64,000 nt of DNA from positions 12,714 through 76,713 of the forward strand of contig CAYLOQ010000002.1 of assembly GCA_964385425.1 (NCBI GenBank), read 5' to 3'. A model generated the notes under the pieces. That model made no database searches. It was given only the letters and a program-made list of their open reading frames with translations, and was not told the DNA's origin. Numbering within the stretch: the stretch's first letter is position 1; each line of letters begins with the position of its first letter. Made by a program: the position numbers and the translations under genes. Shown piece by piece: positions 18,871 to 28,059 of the stretch. The DNA is from Candidatus Woesearchaeota archaeon (GTDB taxonomy: Archaea; Nanobdellota; Nanobdellia; Pacearchaeales; GW2011-AR1).

Positions 18871-21800
18871 ATGGTGAATGAAAAATCTGATAAGAAAAAA
18901 ATTGAGATTCATATCCCTAAAAATAGACTTGATTCAAAACAAGAGATGTTATATAAGTACTTATCAATAATTGGGTCTGAGATTGCATCATTCTATTTAG
19001 ATGCGTTAAATATTATTAAAAATAAAGAAATTGAAACAAAAAGTAATTTAGTGGCACATTTAGCTAGAGAAATAGATGGAGGGTTGAGAGATATTTTAGC
19101 AAGCAAATCTGTTTTAGATGAAAACAAATCTCTCTCAAAAGAAGAGAAAAAAGAACTAATTAATGAAATAAATTTAGAGTTAAGATCTAAGAATTTAACG
19201 GAATTGAAAAATATAAGTGGAACAATTATTTCTATCTGTAATGCATTAGACATAATTAAAGATAAAGAATTAATCAAAAAATGGTCTGTTGTTTCTGCAC
19301 AATTTCACAGATTTGCACATAGGAGTGGAGCATTTAAAGAAGCAAGAGATTTTAATTTGTTTAAGGACGTATGGGAAAGGTATGAAAAAATATTATCTCA
19401 CTTAATAGGATCCTCTCTTAATATGTTAAATAGGATAGATAATCTTATTTTGAAAGATAAACCCTCAAGTGAAATTATTAGAACATTACCCAATCTATTT
19501 AAAATTTCTACAAAAGAAAATTATTTTTTCTCAAATCTCAAACAAATAAACTGGCTAAAACCACTCAATGAAGCAGGATTTTTTAATCCCGAAGATAATC
19601 CTAAACCAAAGCTGACTGAAGACAAAAAGGGATATTATATTTTATCATGGAGCGTTTTAAGATATTTGGAATGGGTTTCAGAAAATCTTCCCCCAGATAA
19701 TGAAGGGGTTGTTAAAGAGTTAGTTAAAATAATTGACGCAATTATAAATTATAAAGATAAAGATGGAAAAAGAATTCAAAATTGGAGAACGGATTTTGCG
19801 ATATTTAAAATATTAAACAACATACCTTCAGATTATATTAAAAATGAACATATAGATTTTATTAAAGATTCATTAGAAATTAATTTTCATGGAGGATTAA
19901 TTGGATCAGAATTGAGTAAAGGTTTTCTTTCTAAATTAATAGCAGATAATAAAAAAGATTTGTTCTTAAGATTAGTTGAGGTTATTTGTTCCTATAGAAT
20001 CTTAGATTACAATCTTAATCCGCTTATTGAAGAATATTGGTTTTCTGAATTAATAAAAAAACATAAAACAGAACTAGCCAAATATTCTGCCAAAGAAATT
20101 ATCGAAAAGATTGTTGATGTAATAAAAGAGATTAAAAAAGGAGATCCTAATAGCTTTAATATTGTGCATATTCCAACAATAGAATCTCACGAGCAAAAAA
20201 GTTTCCCTGATAAGTATGAAGCACGATTAATAGATTTATTTGTAGAATGTTTTAGTTATTTGGATGACAAAATCTTGATTAAAGAAGTAAAAAAATTACT
20301 GGATCACGAATTTGATATTTTTAGGAGAGTTGGAATTTATTCAGTTAGTTTAAATTTTAATGTCCTGAACGAATTATTTTTTAGTCTTGATGACAATCCT
20401 CTTGAGAATGCAAGACTAAAGCATGAAATCTATGAATTATTTAAATCTCATGCAGATAAATTTTCTGAGAAACAAATTAAAATTATTATTAAATGGATTG
20501 AAGAAAAAAAGTATTATCTTGATGAAGTTAAACCTAAAGACAAAAAAAAGATTCTTGCTTATCATAAGAAGATATGGTACTTTGCTCTTTTATCTTCAAA
20601 GAATAAAGAAATAAAAAAGCTTTATGAGAAATATAATAAAATAAATGATATTGAACTTGAACATCCCGGATTTACAAGTTGGCATACTACTTGGACTGGA
20701 GAAGTTAGTCCCTTGCAAGAATTTGAACTTGCAAAAACTACAATTGACGAGATAATAGTAGAAATAAAAAAATTTAAGGAAGAAAAAGGATTTCAAAAAC
20801 CGAGCATTCGAGGATTTGCAGAAGCAATACAAAAAGATGTTGAAAAAAATCCCTCAAAGTATTATGATTCTCTTGAAAAATTTAAAGATATTGATTTGGC
20901 TTATCTGTGCACCATTGTTAGAGCATTCATAGATATATCTAGAAATAATAATCAAGCAAAAAAAGAGATTGCTAAATTGGATTGGGATAAAATTTTAAAA
21001 TTCATTGATAAACAGCTCAATAAATCTTTCTGGGAACTGGAATATTCGGGGGAATTTAATTATCGAGATTGGTTTATTTCAGAAGTTGCAAATTTAATTG
21101 AAGAAGGAACAAAACAAGATGAAACTGCATTTGATACTAAATTGCTACCGATAGCTAAAAAGATTTTATTAAACTTAACCCAACATACTATCTTTTATTC
21201 TATTGGCAATGAGGATTATGTGACTTTTGCTTTAAACTCAACAGAGGGCAAAATTCTCGATGCTATGCTTAACTATTCCTTAAGATTTTATAGGGTAGTG
21301 GAGAAAAAATGGGATGAAGAAATAAAGAAACACTTTACTAAAAGGATAACTGAAAAGAAATATCTTGAAGTATTTACAATCATTGGGCAATATTTGCCTC
21401 AATTTTATACTTTAGATAAGAAATGGATAGAATCTAATTTTGATTTAATTTTTCCATTAGATAATTTTGAGATATTGAAGGCATCGTCTTCAGGTTTATT
21501 CTTTAATCCAACAGTTTATAGTGATTTTTATACTATGTTTAAAGATAAGGGGCAATATAAATTATTCTTAGATTCATGGGAACAAAATGGGAACAAGATA
21601 AATGAAAGTGTATTAAGACATATTTGTTTAGGGTATGCTGAGAAATGGGAAGAAATAGAAGATGGTACTTTGATAAAAAAATTATTGGAGAAACCAGGGG
21701 CTTTAGGGGAGGTAATAAGATTCTTCTGGATAGCTTCAAAAAATATAAAGCCAGATTATGTTATAAGGATTAAAGAACTTTGGCAGTATATTTATGAAAA

Positions 21801-22176
21801 TAACAAAGAATTACAAATTACGGGGGAATTAATGCAATGGCTTAGAGTATTTGATGAATTGGATGACGATCTGTTTAAGTTGTGTATTGAGGGTGCTAAA
21901 TTTGTCAATACCCATGATGTGCATTATGTCATAGAGTATTTAGTAAAATATATTGATTCTGATGTTGAAAAAGCGGGAAAAATCCTTTTAGAATTAGTAG
22001 AAAATGTTGAAATAATCTCAGAATATAAAAAAGAGGATGTTATTAAAATAGTTGAAAAGTTATACCTTGAAGGAAAGAAAGACTTAGCAGATGAAATATG
22101 CAATAAATATTTTGATAAATATAGTTTTGAATTTTTAAGAGGGCTTTATAATGCGAATAATTCTAATGTAGAATAA
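18871..22176 (+). CDS. large hypothetical protein (1101 aa), K/E/I/N-rich, predicted alpha-helical repeat architecture
   Basis: Single uninterrupted 3.3-kb ORF; no catalytic motifs recognised. Confidence 0.7.
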   Translation: MVNEKSDKKKIEIHIPKNRLDSKQEMLYKYLSIIGSEIASFYLDALNIIKNKEIETKSNLVAHLAREIDGGLRDILASKSVLDENKSLSKEEKKELINEINLELRSKNLTELKNISGTIISICNALDIIKDKELIKKWSVVSAQFHRFAHRSGAFKEARDFNLFKDVWERYEKILSHLIGSSLNMLNRIDNLILKDKPSSEIIRTLPNLFKISTKENYFFSNLKQINWLKPLNEAGFFNPEDNPKPKLTEDKKGYYILSWSVLRYLEWVSENLPPDNEGVVKELVKIIDAIINYKDKDGKRIQNWRTDFAIFKILNNIPSDYIKNEHIDFIKDSLEINFHGGLIGSELSKGFLSKLIADNKKDLFLRLVEVICSYRILDYNLNPLIEEYWFSELIKKHKTELAKYSAKEIIEKIVDVIKEIKKGDPNSFNIVHIPTIESHEQKSFPDKYEARLIDLFVECFSYLDDKILIKEVKKLLDHEFDIFRRVGIYSVSLNFNVLNELFFSLDDNPLENARLKHEIYELFKSHADKFSEKQIKIIIKWIEEKKYYLDEVKPKDKKKILAYHKKIWYFALLSSKNKEIKKLYEKYNKINDIELEHPGFTSWHTTWTGEVSPLQEFELAKTTIDEIIVEIKKFKEEKGFQKPSIRGFAEAIQKDVEKNPSKYYDSLEKFKDIDLAYLCTIVRAFIDISRNNNQAKKEIAKLDWDKILKFIDKQLNKSFWELEYSGEFNYRDWFISEVANLIEEGTKQDETAFDTKLLPIAKKILLNLTQHTIFYSIGNEDYVTFALNSTEGKILDAMLNYSLRFYRVVEKKWDEEIKKHFTKRITEKKYLEVFTIIGQYLPQFYTLDKKWIESNFDLIFPLDNFEILKASSSGLFFNPTVYSDFYTMFKDKGQYKLFLDSWEQNGNKINESVLRHICLGYAEKWEEIEDGTLIKKLLEKPGALGEVIRFFWIASKNIKPDYVIRIKELWQYIYENNKELQITGELMQWLRVFDELDDDLFKLCIEGAKFVNTHDVHYVIEYLVKYIDSDVEKAGKILLELVENVEIISEYKKEDVIKIVEKLYLEGKKDLADEICNKYFDKYSFEFLRGLYNANNSNVE

Positions 22177-22222
22177 TAACTAATTTAATTCTTAACCAAG
22201 CTAAATAACTTATCGCCTCTTT

Positions 22223-22384
22223 TCATCTCTTCCTCAACCTTATCTCCCCCTTCTTAGCAACAGGTTCTAAATCATCTCCTTCTTTAAACCCTGCTTTTTC
22301 CATAAATTTTTTAGGGACTACCAACCTATATTTAAAGTATTCCTTATCCTTATACTCTCTCGATTTAACTTTCTCTACCTTCAT
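22223..22384 (-). CDS. AbrB/SpoVT-type (swapped-hairpin) DNA-binding protein, 53 aa
   Basis: Manual translation MKVEKVKSREYKDKEYFKYRLVVPKKFMEKAGFKEGDDLEPVAKKGEIRLRKR; the RLVVPKKF...GFKEGD segment is AbrB/MazE-like. Not in ORF track. Confidence 0.45.
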   Translation of the reverse strand: MKVEKVKSREYKDKEYFKYRLVVPKKFMEKAGFKEGDDLEPVAKKGEIRLRKR

Positions 22385-22664
22385 AAAAAGTAGATGTTAC
22401 CACTTCTTTATAAATATTAGGGGACGAAAGATTTATATAGTTTAGGGGACTAAAAGATATATGACCCTCTGCTACCACAAAGAATACTTCGCATTAGGAT
22501 TAATCAGTGCCTTGTTCATAACTGCCCTGATTGTCTTATTCGAGGATTTTATTGCTGAGATGGTTAAGAGAGTGAGGGGGTTTTAAGGGTTTTCTATCAA
22601 AGGTTCGAATTCATGTCTTAGCGTTTTTAATAGGGGTTATATATATCCCGAAAAAAGGCAACAC

Positions 22665-23945
22665 TTATTTATCTTTAGGATATTCATCTTCATGAAACCT
22701 CATTATTTTTGGATTAATAAAGATACTTAATTCTTTCTGTATTTTTTCCATCTCTTTTTGTTCATGTTCTCCCCAGTTTGGAATGTCTACTATGCAAAAA
22801 TCATATGAACAACTAGGTTTAATTTTCATTTCTGTGGCTATTCCTATAACCTTTCTGTTATCCTTATTCATTCCTCTAGCAACAAAACAAGTGCTCTTCA
22901 ATAATTCCCTTCTAAAATCTCGTGATTTCTTATTATCTAAAAACATAAAACAATAAGTTACTCCCCCAACTTCCATAACCCTACGGAACACATTATTTTT
23001 AATCTCATGGTGGGCTCTTACATGGGCATCAAAGAAAGACTTACCGAGAATCCTTCTTTCAAATCTATGGGGTTTAGCTAACTCTCTAGCAACCACTTCA
23101 TACCCCTTTCCGCTTGTATGAATTCTATTTATTATTTCATCCCAAATATAGCTTATTTTATCCTCTTCTTGTTTTTTAATATACTCTGGTCTTTTGCTTA
23201 AATGTTCCCATATTCCCTCATCCATGAATATTCCGTTATATTCTACAAATTTGTCAAAATTTCTTTCGTTTGTTATGTAATATGCTAACAAATCTTTTTC
23301 TCCACCCATCAATAACATTTGATTATCTAAAACAAAAAGTTTTTCTTTTTCTTTTACGTAATTGATAAAATCTTGGATAGTATCTAATTCATTTAAGATG
23401 GTTTCTAAAGCTTCTTTATTTAAAACATGTATTTTTTTATTTTTGAATTCTTTAAAAAAGGAAAAGAAATCCTCATCTTCTCCAACCAATGCCGAAATGA
23501 GATAAATTTCTTTTATTTTACGGGGGTCAAATTTTTCTTTTACCCTTCTAGGATTTTCTAAGATTATTTCTTTTTTTAAATCAAATAATCTTCTTTTTGC
23601 TCCAGAAAGCTGACTTAAATTTTTTTTGACTTCTCTTTCATTCTGTTTGCCGTCATTTCCTATCTTTAAATCTTTTATTTGCCAAATTATAGCAATTTCT
23701 CCAAATACAACTAAAAGGTCACATAATTCTTTTCCATCGGACCATTTTGGATTTCTATAACACCAGTCTATTAGAAAAGATTTTGTCGCCAATTCATAAA
23801 CTAGATCTTCGGCTTTTTCCCCTTTTAACTGAAAATAATTTTTAGAAGGTTTTTCTTGATAATCTGTTTCTTCTTTTTCTAAACAGCACTTCTTGTATTT
23901 TTTCCCGCCACCACAGGGGCAAGGTTGATTTCTACCAATTTTCAT
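22665..23945 (-). CDS. SEC-C motif protein with PD-(D/E)xK-like nuclease-like domain and unknown C-terminal domain
   Basis: N-terminal GRNQPCPCGGGKKYKKCC (SEC-C metal-binding motif); D..(x)..GEIAIIWQIK restriction-endonuclease-like core; 426 aa. Confidence 0.6.
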   Translation of the reverse strand: MKIGRNQPCPCGGGKKYKKCCLEKEETDYQEKPSKNYFQLKGEKAEDLVYELATKSFLIDWCYRNPKWSDGKELCDLLVVFGEIAIIWQIKDLKIGNDGKQNEREVKKNLSQLSGAKRRLFDLKKEIILENPRRVKEKFDPRKIKEIYLISALVGEDEDFFSFFKEFKNKKIHVLNKEALETILNELDTIQDFINYVKEKEKLFVLDNQMLLMGGEKDLLAYYITNERNFDKFVEYNGIFMDEGIWEHLSKRPEYIKKQEEDKISYIWDEIINRIHTSGKGYEVVARELAKPHRFERRILGKSFFDAHVRAHHEIKNNVFRRVMEVGGVTYCFMFLDNKKSRDFRRELLKSTCFVARGMNKDNRKVIGIATEMKIKPSCSYDFCIVDIPNWGEHEQKEMEKIQKELSIFINPKIMRFHEDEYPKDK

Positions 23946-24129
23946 AAAAGGCTTAAGATAAGAGCATTTTTACAGATTTCGTTTTTAGGTTAATCTTCTC
24001 CCCTTCCTTAATTTTCTTATTAATTTTTCTTTTTAAGAAATTGCAACAATTTCACAACATATTGCGGGGTTAAACCTATAATTGATATAAAAGATAATAT
24101 TTTTATATCAACATCTTCTTAATTATGGT

Positions 24130-25329
24130 ATGGGTAATAAGTTTATCTTAGTGGGATTAATTTTATTCATTTCATTAAATCTTGTTTCTGCAATAGACTT
24201 TAGTTTATCTGGAGTAGATGTGAATCCTTCAAATGTTTATCAAGGAGATTCCCCAACTTTAACAGCCAAGGTTACAGCAGATCCAAGTAATTTTTGTGAT
24301 ATTATCTGTACGTGGACTGTAGATGAAGGTCCTGACTATAGTGGGGTTGTTTCTGGAAGTAGTAATCCACCACAAACAATTCTCGCATCAGGAGAGAGTG
24401 AGACATTTCCTTTTAGAATAAATGCCCTTGGTCAAGGTAGTGTTTCTTATACTTTAACAGTTACATGTGATAATGAATATCCTCTATGTTTCGCTAGCCC
24501 AGTAATACAACTTTATTCTGATACATTAGTCTTTAATTATGCTGGAGATGGTAAATGTACTATATCAGAGGAAAAATGTGTTGATTATGGTTCTTATACC
24601 GGAACCAGTGATTGTTCTTGCTCTCCAATTAAAGAATGCAATCCTGACAGTTCAAGAGGAGCAGATGATTATGGGTGTGCAACTTATTGTGGTAATAACG
24701 TTAAAGAAACTGAATTTGAAACATGTTCTAATTGTCCATCTGACATTGGAAAGTGTGATGGATTAAGTTGTGTATCTAGTAGTGAGTGTGAAGGTAGTTT
24801 TTGCGTTCATGAAAAATGTTCAAGTAAACCTTACATAGAAGGAGATGGTTTTTGTGATTTAGAGGAAGGAGAAAATTGTAAGAATTCTGTAAGTGATTGT
24901 GCGTGTGGGAATAATGAAAGATGTGGAAATGCAGGTATATGTGAAACTTATTGTGGTAATAATATTTGTGAAGCTTCTGAAGAAGGTATTTGTAAATCAG
25001 ATTGTCAATGGTGTGGTGATGGACAATGTAGTGGAAATGAAAATTGTAAAAGCTGTCAAACAGATTGTGGGGTTTGTGAAAGTTCCGAAATAACTGGAGA
25101 AATATCTAGGAATATTCAAAGTGGAGTAGAAGAAAGTTTAAAGGGTGCTAGCAAAAGACAGAGAAATATTACCATTACTGCACTTGGATCAATTGTTTTA
25201 TTCATTGGGGGGTATGTTGTTTTTAAGTTTATGAAAGAAAAGAAATCTAAACCAAGTAAAACAAAAAAAAACAGCAGTAAAAAAAGAAATACAAAGAAGA
25301 AGACAACTAAGAAGAAAGGGAGGAAGTAA
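24130..25329 (+). CDS. secreted, C-terminally membrane-anchored cysteine-rich repeat protein (Myxococcus-type CGDG/CGNN repeats)
   Basis: Signal/TM at N-term, repeated YCGNN...C..C..DC / WCGDGQC modules, C-terminal TM helix plus K-rich tail. Confidence 0.65.
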   Translation: MGNKFILVGLILFISLNLVSAIDFSLSGVDVNPSNVYQGDSPTLTAKVTADPSNFCDIICTWTVDEGPDYSGVVSGSSNPPQTILASGESETFPFRINALGQGSVSYTLTVTCDNEYPLCFASPVIQLYSDTLVFNYAGDGKCTISEEKCVDYGSYTGTSDCSCSPIKECNPDSSRGADDYGCATYCGNNVKETEFETCSNCPSDIGKCDGLSCVSSSECEGSFCVHEKCSSKPYIEGDGFCDLEEGENCKNSVSDCACGNNERCGNAGICETYCGNNICEASEEGICKSDCQWCGDGQCSGNENCKSCQTDCGVCESSEITGEISRNIQSGVEESLKGASKRQRNITITALGSIVLFIGGYVVFKFMKEKKSKPSKTKKNSSKKRNTKKKTTKKKGRK

Positions 25330-25331
25330 TA

Positions 25332-26699
25332 ATGAAATTTTCTGAAAAAGAAATTATTGTGGGTGTTATTTTTTTAATAATTTTCGTTGCGTTATCAGTT
25401 AATTTATTTTGGGCAAATCCTTCAAATGTTAATTTTTGTGGGGATGGGGTGTGTGTAAATAATGAAATAGGTGCATGTAGTATAGATTGTGATTGGTGTG
25501 GAGATGGTTATTGTCAAGAGGGAGAATCTTGTAGCAGTTGCAAAGAGGATTGTAATTCATGTTCATCAGAATTTTTTTGTGGGGATGGTGTCTGTAGTGT
25601 TGGTGAATGTAATTCTGGATGTTGGAAAGATTGCGGTTTTTTAGAATGTGAAAATGGAATATGTGAATTAGAAAAAGGGGAGAGTTGTATTAATTCTCCT
25701 AATGATTGTAGATGTATTGATGGATATTGCGATTCTGAATCTGGACAATGTATTTATCAAAGTTGTGGTAATGGTGTTTGCGATGTAGATGAAACATATC
25801 TTAACTGCCCTAATGATTGTAAAGAAATTTATGAAGTAGAAGATACTTCTGATATTAACTACCCAATTATTCTTGTTCATGGACATTCTGCAACAAGTTC
25901 AAGTAGTGAAAACTCAATTAATACATTTAAAGAATTTCAAGAAAAACTAGATTCCGAAGGATATGCTGATAGTAAAGGAATAGTTTTACCTAAGGATATG
26001 GATATTGCTGAAGGTTCGTGGGGAAAAACCCGCAAACCAATTGTAGTTAGGACAACTTATTATTTGAATGCTTATGATGAATTTGGTTCTACTATAGGTC
26101 CAGAAGATAATCAACATATAAATACATATGCTAAAAGATTATCGGGTGTGGTTTATTCTGTTTTGAAATATACTGAAAAAAATAAAGTGATAATTATAGC
26201 TCATTCAATGGGGGGACTAGTATCTAGAGAATATGTAAAAAACGAAGGGGGATTAAATAAAGTAGATAAGTTAGTGACCATAGGAACTCCAAATCATGGG
26301 ATTTATGCAGATATTTCTACAAATTGTGAAGGGGTTTTTGGGAGAACAGAAAATAGTCCAGAATGTGAAGATATGAGGGTGGATAGTGTGTTTATTACAC
26401 AACTTAACCAACAAGAAACTTTTACAAATATAGATTATATGACAATAACAGGTAAAGCTACAAATGAAAAAGTAGATTACGGTTATCTTATCGGTTCTAT
26501 ATTTCCCTATTCTGTTTGTGATGGTGGGGAGTATCATGATGAGGTTGTGTGTGTATCAAGTGTATTTCTTAATGGTGCAATTAATAAAATAGTCAATGGA
26601 CAAGAAGTTTCTGGAAAAGGAACATTTCACGGGGATATGACTGAGCCATCAAGAGTTCCAGAAGTTTATGATTATGTTGTGGATTTTTTAGATCTTTAA
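25332..26699 (+). CDS. secreted lipase/esterase (alpha/beta hydrolase, PGAP1/LCAT-like) with N-terminal cysteine-rich repeats
   Basis: FCGDGVC / WCGDGYC repeats, then ILVHGHS oxyanion region and AHSMGG nucleophile elbow. Confidence 0.7.
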   Translation: MKFSEKEIIVGVIFLIIFVALSVNLFWANPSNVNFCGDGVCVNNEIGACSIDCDWCGDGYCQEGESCSSCKEDCNSCSSEFFCGDGVCSVGECNSGCWKDCGFLECENGICELEKGESCINSPNDCRCIDGYCDSESGQCIYQSCGNGVCDVDETYLNCPNDCKEIYEVEDTSDINYPIILVHGHSATSSSSENSINTFKEFQEKLDSEGYADSKGIVLPKDMDIAEGSWGKTRKPIVVRTTYYLNAYDEFGSTIGPEDNQHINTYAKRLSGVVYSVLKYTEKNKVIIIAHSMGGLVSREYVKNEGGLNKVDKLVTIGTPNHGIYADISTNCEGVFGRTENSPECEDMRVDSVFITQLNQQETFTNIDYMTITGKATNEKVDYGYLIGSIFPYSVCDGGEYHDEVVCVSSVFLNGAINKIVNGQEVSGKGTFHGDMTEPSRVPEVYDYVVDFLDL

Positions 26700-26711
26700 C
26701 AATTTCTACTC

Positions 26712-26775
26712 AAAAGCCCATCTAAACTCTACAAAAAATATTAACACCCCGACCGTGTTCTGGGGGTATTGAGTT
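26712..26775. repeat. intergenic module G sharing AAAAGCCCATCTAAACTC and CCCCGACCGTG..TGGGGGTATT with modules A/C
   Basis: Exact 18-mer and 11-mer matches to 18.4-18.8 kb; CCCCGA..TGGGGG hairpin between convergent genes. Confidence 0.6.
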
Positions 26776-26786
26776 AATAAAATTCT

Positions 26787-26999
26787 TCACAACACCTGCA
26801 TCTCTTGATTTTGAAGTACAGAATTTCTTAAGATTTTTCTCTGATTAATCTGTTCAATTGACCATTTAATACCACACCAACGGCAATTAGAAATACCTCT
26901 ACTTTTCTTTTTACATAAAGGACAAGGTACTGATATAGTTCTTAACATACCTTCTGTCCATTTTTTTTCACATAATTCTCTAGGTTTTACCTTAACCAT
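26787..26999 (-). CDS. small zinc-ribbon protein (70 aa)
   Basis: CPLCKK...CRWCG. Confidence 0.35.
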   Translation of the reverse strand: MVKVKPRELCEKKWTEGMLRTISVPCPLCKKKSRGISNCRWCGIKWSIEQINQRKILRNSVLQNQEMQVL

Positions 27000-27113
27000 A
27001 TTACTTAAAACTCATCTTTCTTTTTATATTCTTACCTTTTCAACAATCCCCAATAAAATCCCCAAGAATCATACAATTTTATAGTTTTCTAAAACTTTAG
27101 TTTTGCACAATAA

Positions 27114-28028
27114 CTACTCCCTAGCCCAACCAATATTTTTAGTAAAAACTTTTATTATTCCAGGGCTGCAATCAGCATTTTTGTCTTTTCCAGGTTTTAA
27201 ATCTAAAATTTGCTCACAACTACAACCATAAACTATTTGTTCTCCTTCTGTGTCTAGGCATTTGTCTTCGTCATCTGGAATTCCATCATTATCTTCATCG
27301 ATTTCATTTAAATTCACACCATCTCCATTATTCCAAAGTTGGGTCACTTCTTCTTGAGTTAGTGCTCTGTTCCAAATCCCAAACTCATCCACTAAACCAG
27401 GATAATAGTCTGCAAAATTTCCATTAAAAAAACGAGTTCCAATAGTTAAATCCATATTATTAACAATAGTTGTTCCTATCTGATCCTTTTCATCAACTTT
27501 ATTTCCATTTAAATATAATTTTTGCTTACTACCGTCATAAGTAAGAACGACATGATTCCATTGATTTTTAGCCCAACCATTATAAACAGAAAATTGCCTT
27601 CCATTTTCTGTCCAGCTATCTCCAGTAAGTAAAACATCTGTGAGATAAATTCTATAAGAAATATCATCATTTACAGGCCAATATGCATTATATCCCTTGT
27701 TAATAATATATCCTTCATCCTCTGTTAAGGAATTTGCTTTAAACCAGATACTTAAAGTAAACTCATTTAAATCTAAACTATCATCATCGTTAATCTCTAC
27801 ATAATCATTAATACCATCAAAACTTAATGCCTTACCTATTTTTCCATCAACAAAAGTTGCCCCATAATTTGTTCCATCGTTTCCATTTATAGGGTCTTCC
27901 ACATCGTTTTCAAAATTATAATAACTAACTAATCCTGTATTCAAACTTTCTGGCCAGCTTGCTAATACTATGGCAATTGAAGATACTACTATCAAAAACA
28001 CAAACAAAAATATATTTATTTTTTTCAT
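27114..28028 (-). CDS. secreted concanavalin-A-like lectin/LamG-domain protein
   Basis: Signal peptide; DGINDYVEI...SIWFKA jellyroll signature; C-terminal Asp-rich region. Confidence 0.65.
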   Translation of the reverse strand: MKKINIFLFVFLIVVSSIAIVLASWPESLNTGLVSYYNFENDVEDPINGNDGTNYGATFVDGKIGKALSFDGINDYVEINDDDSLDLNEFTLSIWFKANSLTEDEGYIINKGYNAYWPVNDDISYRIYLTDVLLTGDSWTENGRQFSVYNGWAKNQWNHVVLTYDGSKQKLYLNGNKVDEKDQIGTTIVNNMDLTIGTRFFNGNFADYYPGLVDEFGIWNRALTQEEVTQLWNNGDGVNLNEIDEDNDGIPDDEDKCLDTEGEQIVYGCSCEQILDLKPGKDKNADCSPGIIKVFTKNIGWARE

Positions 28029-28059
28029 AATATTTTATGTTTTTGGAATATTTAAAAGT

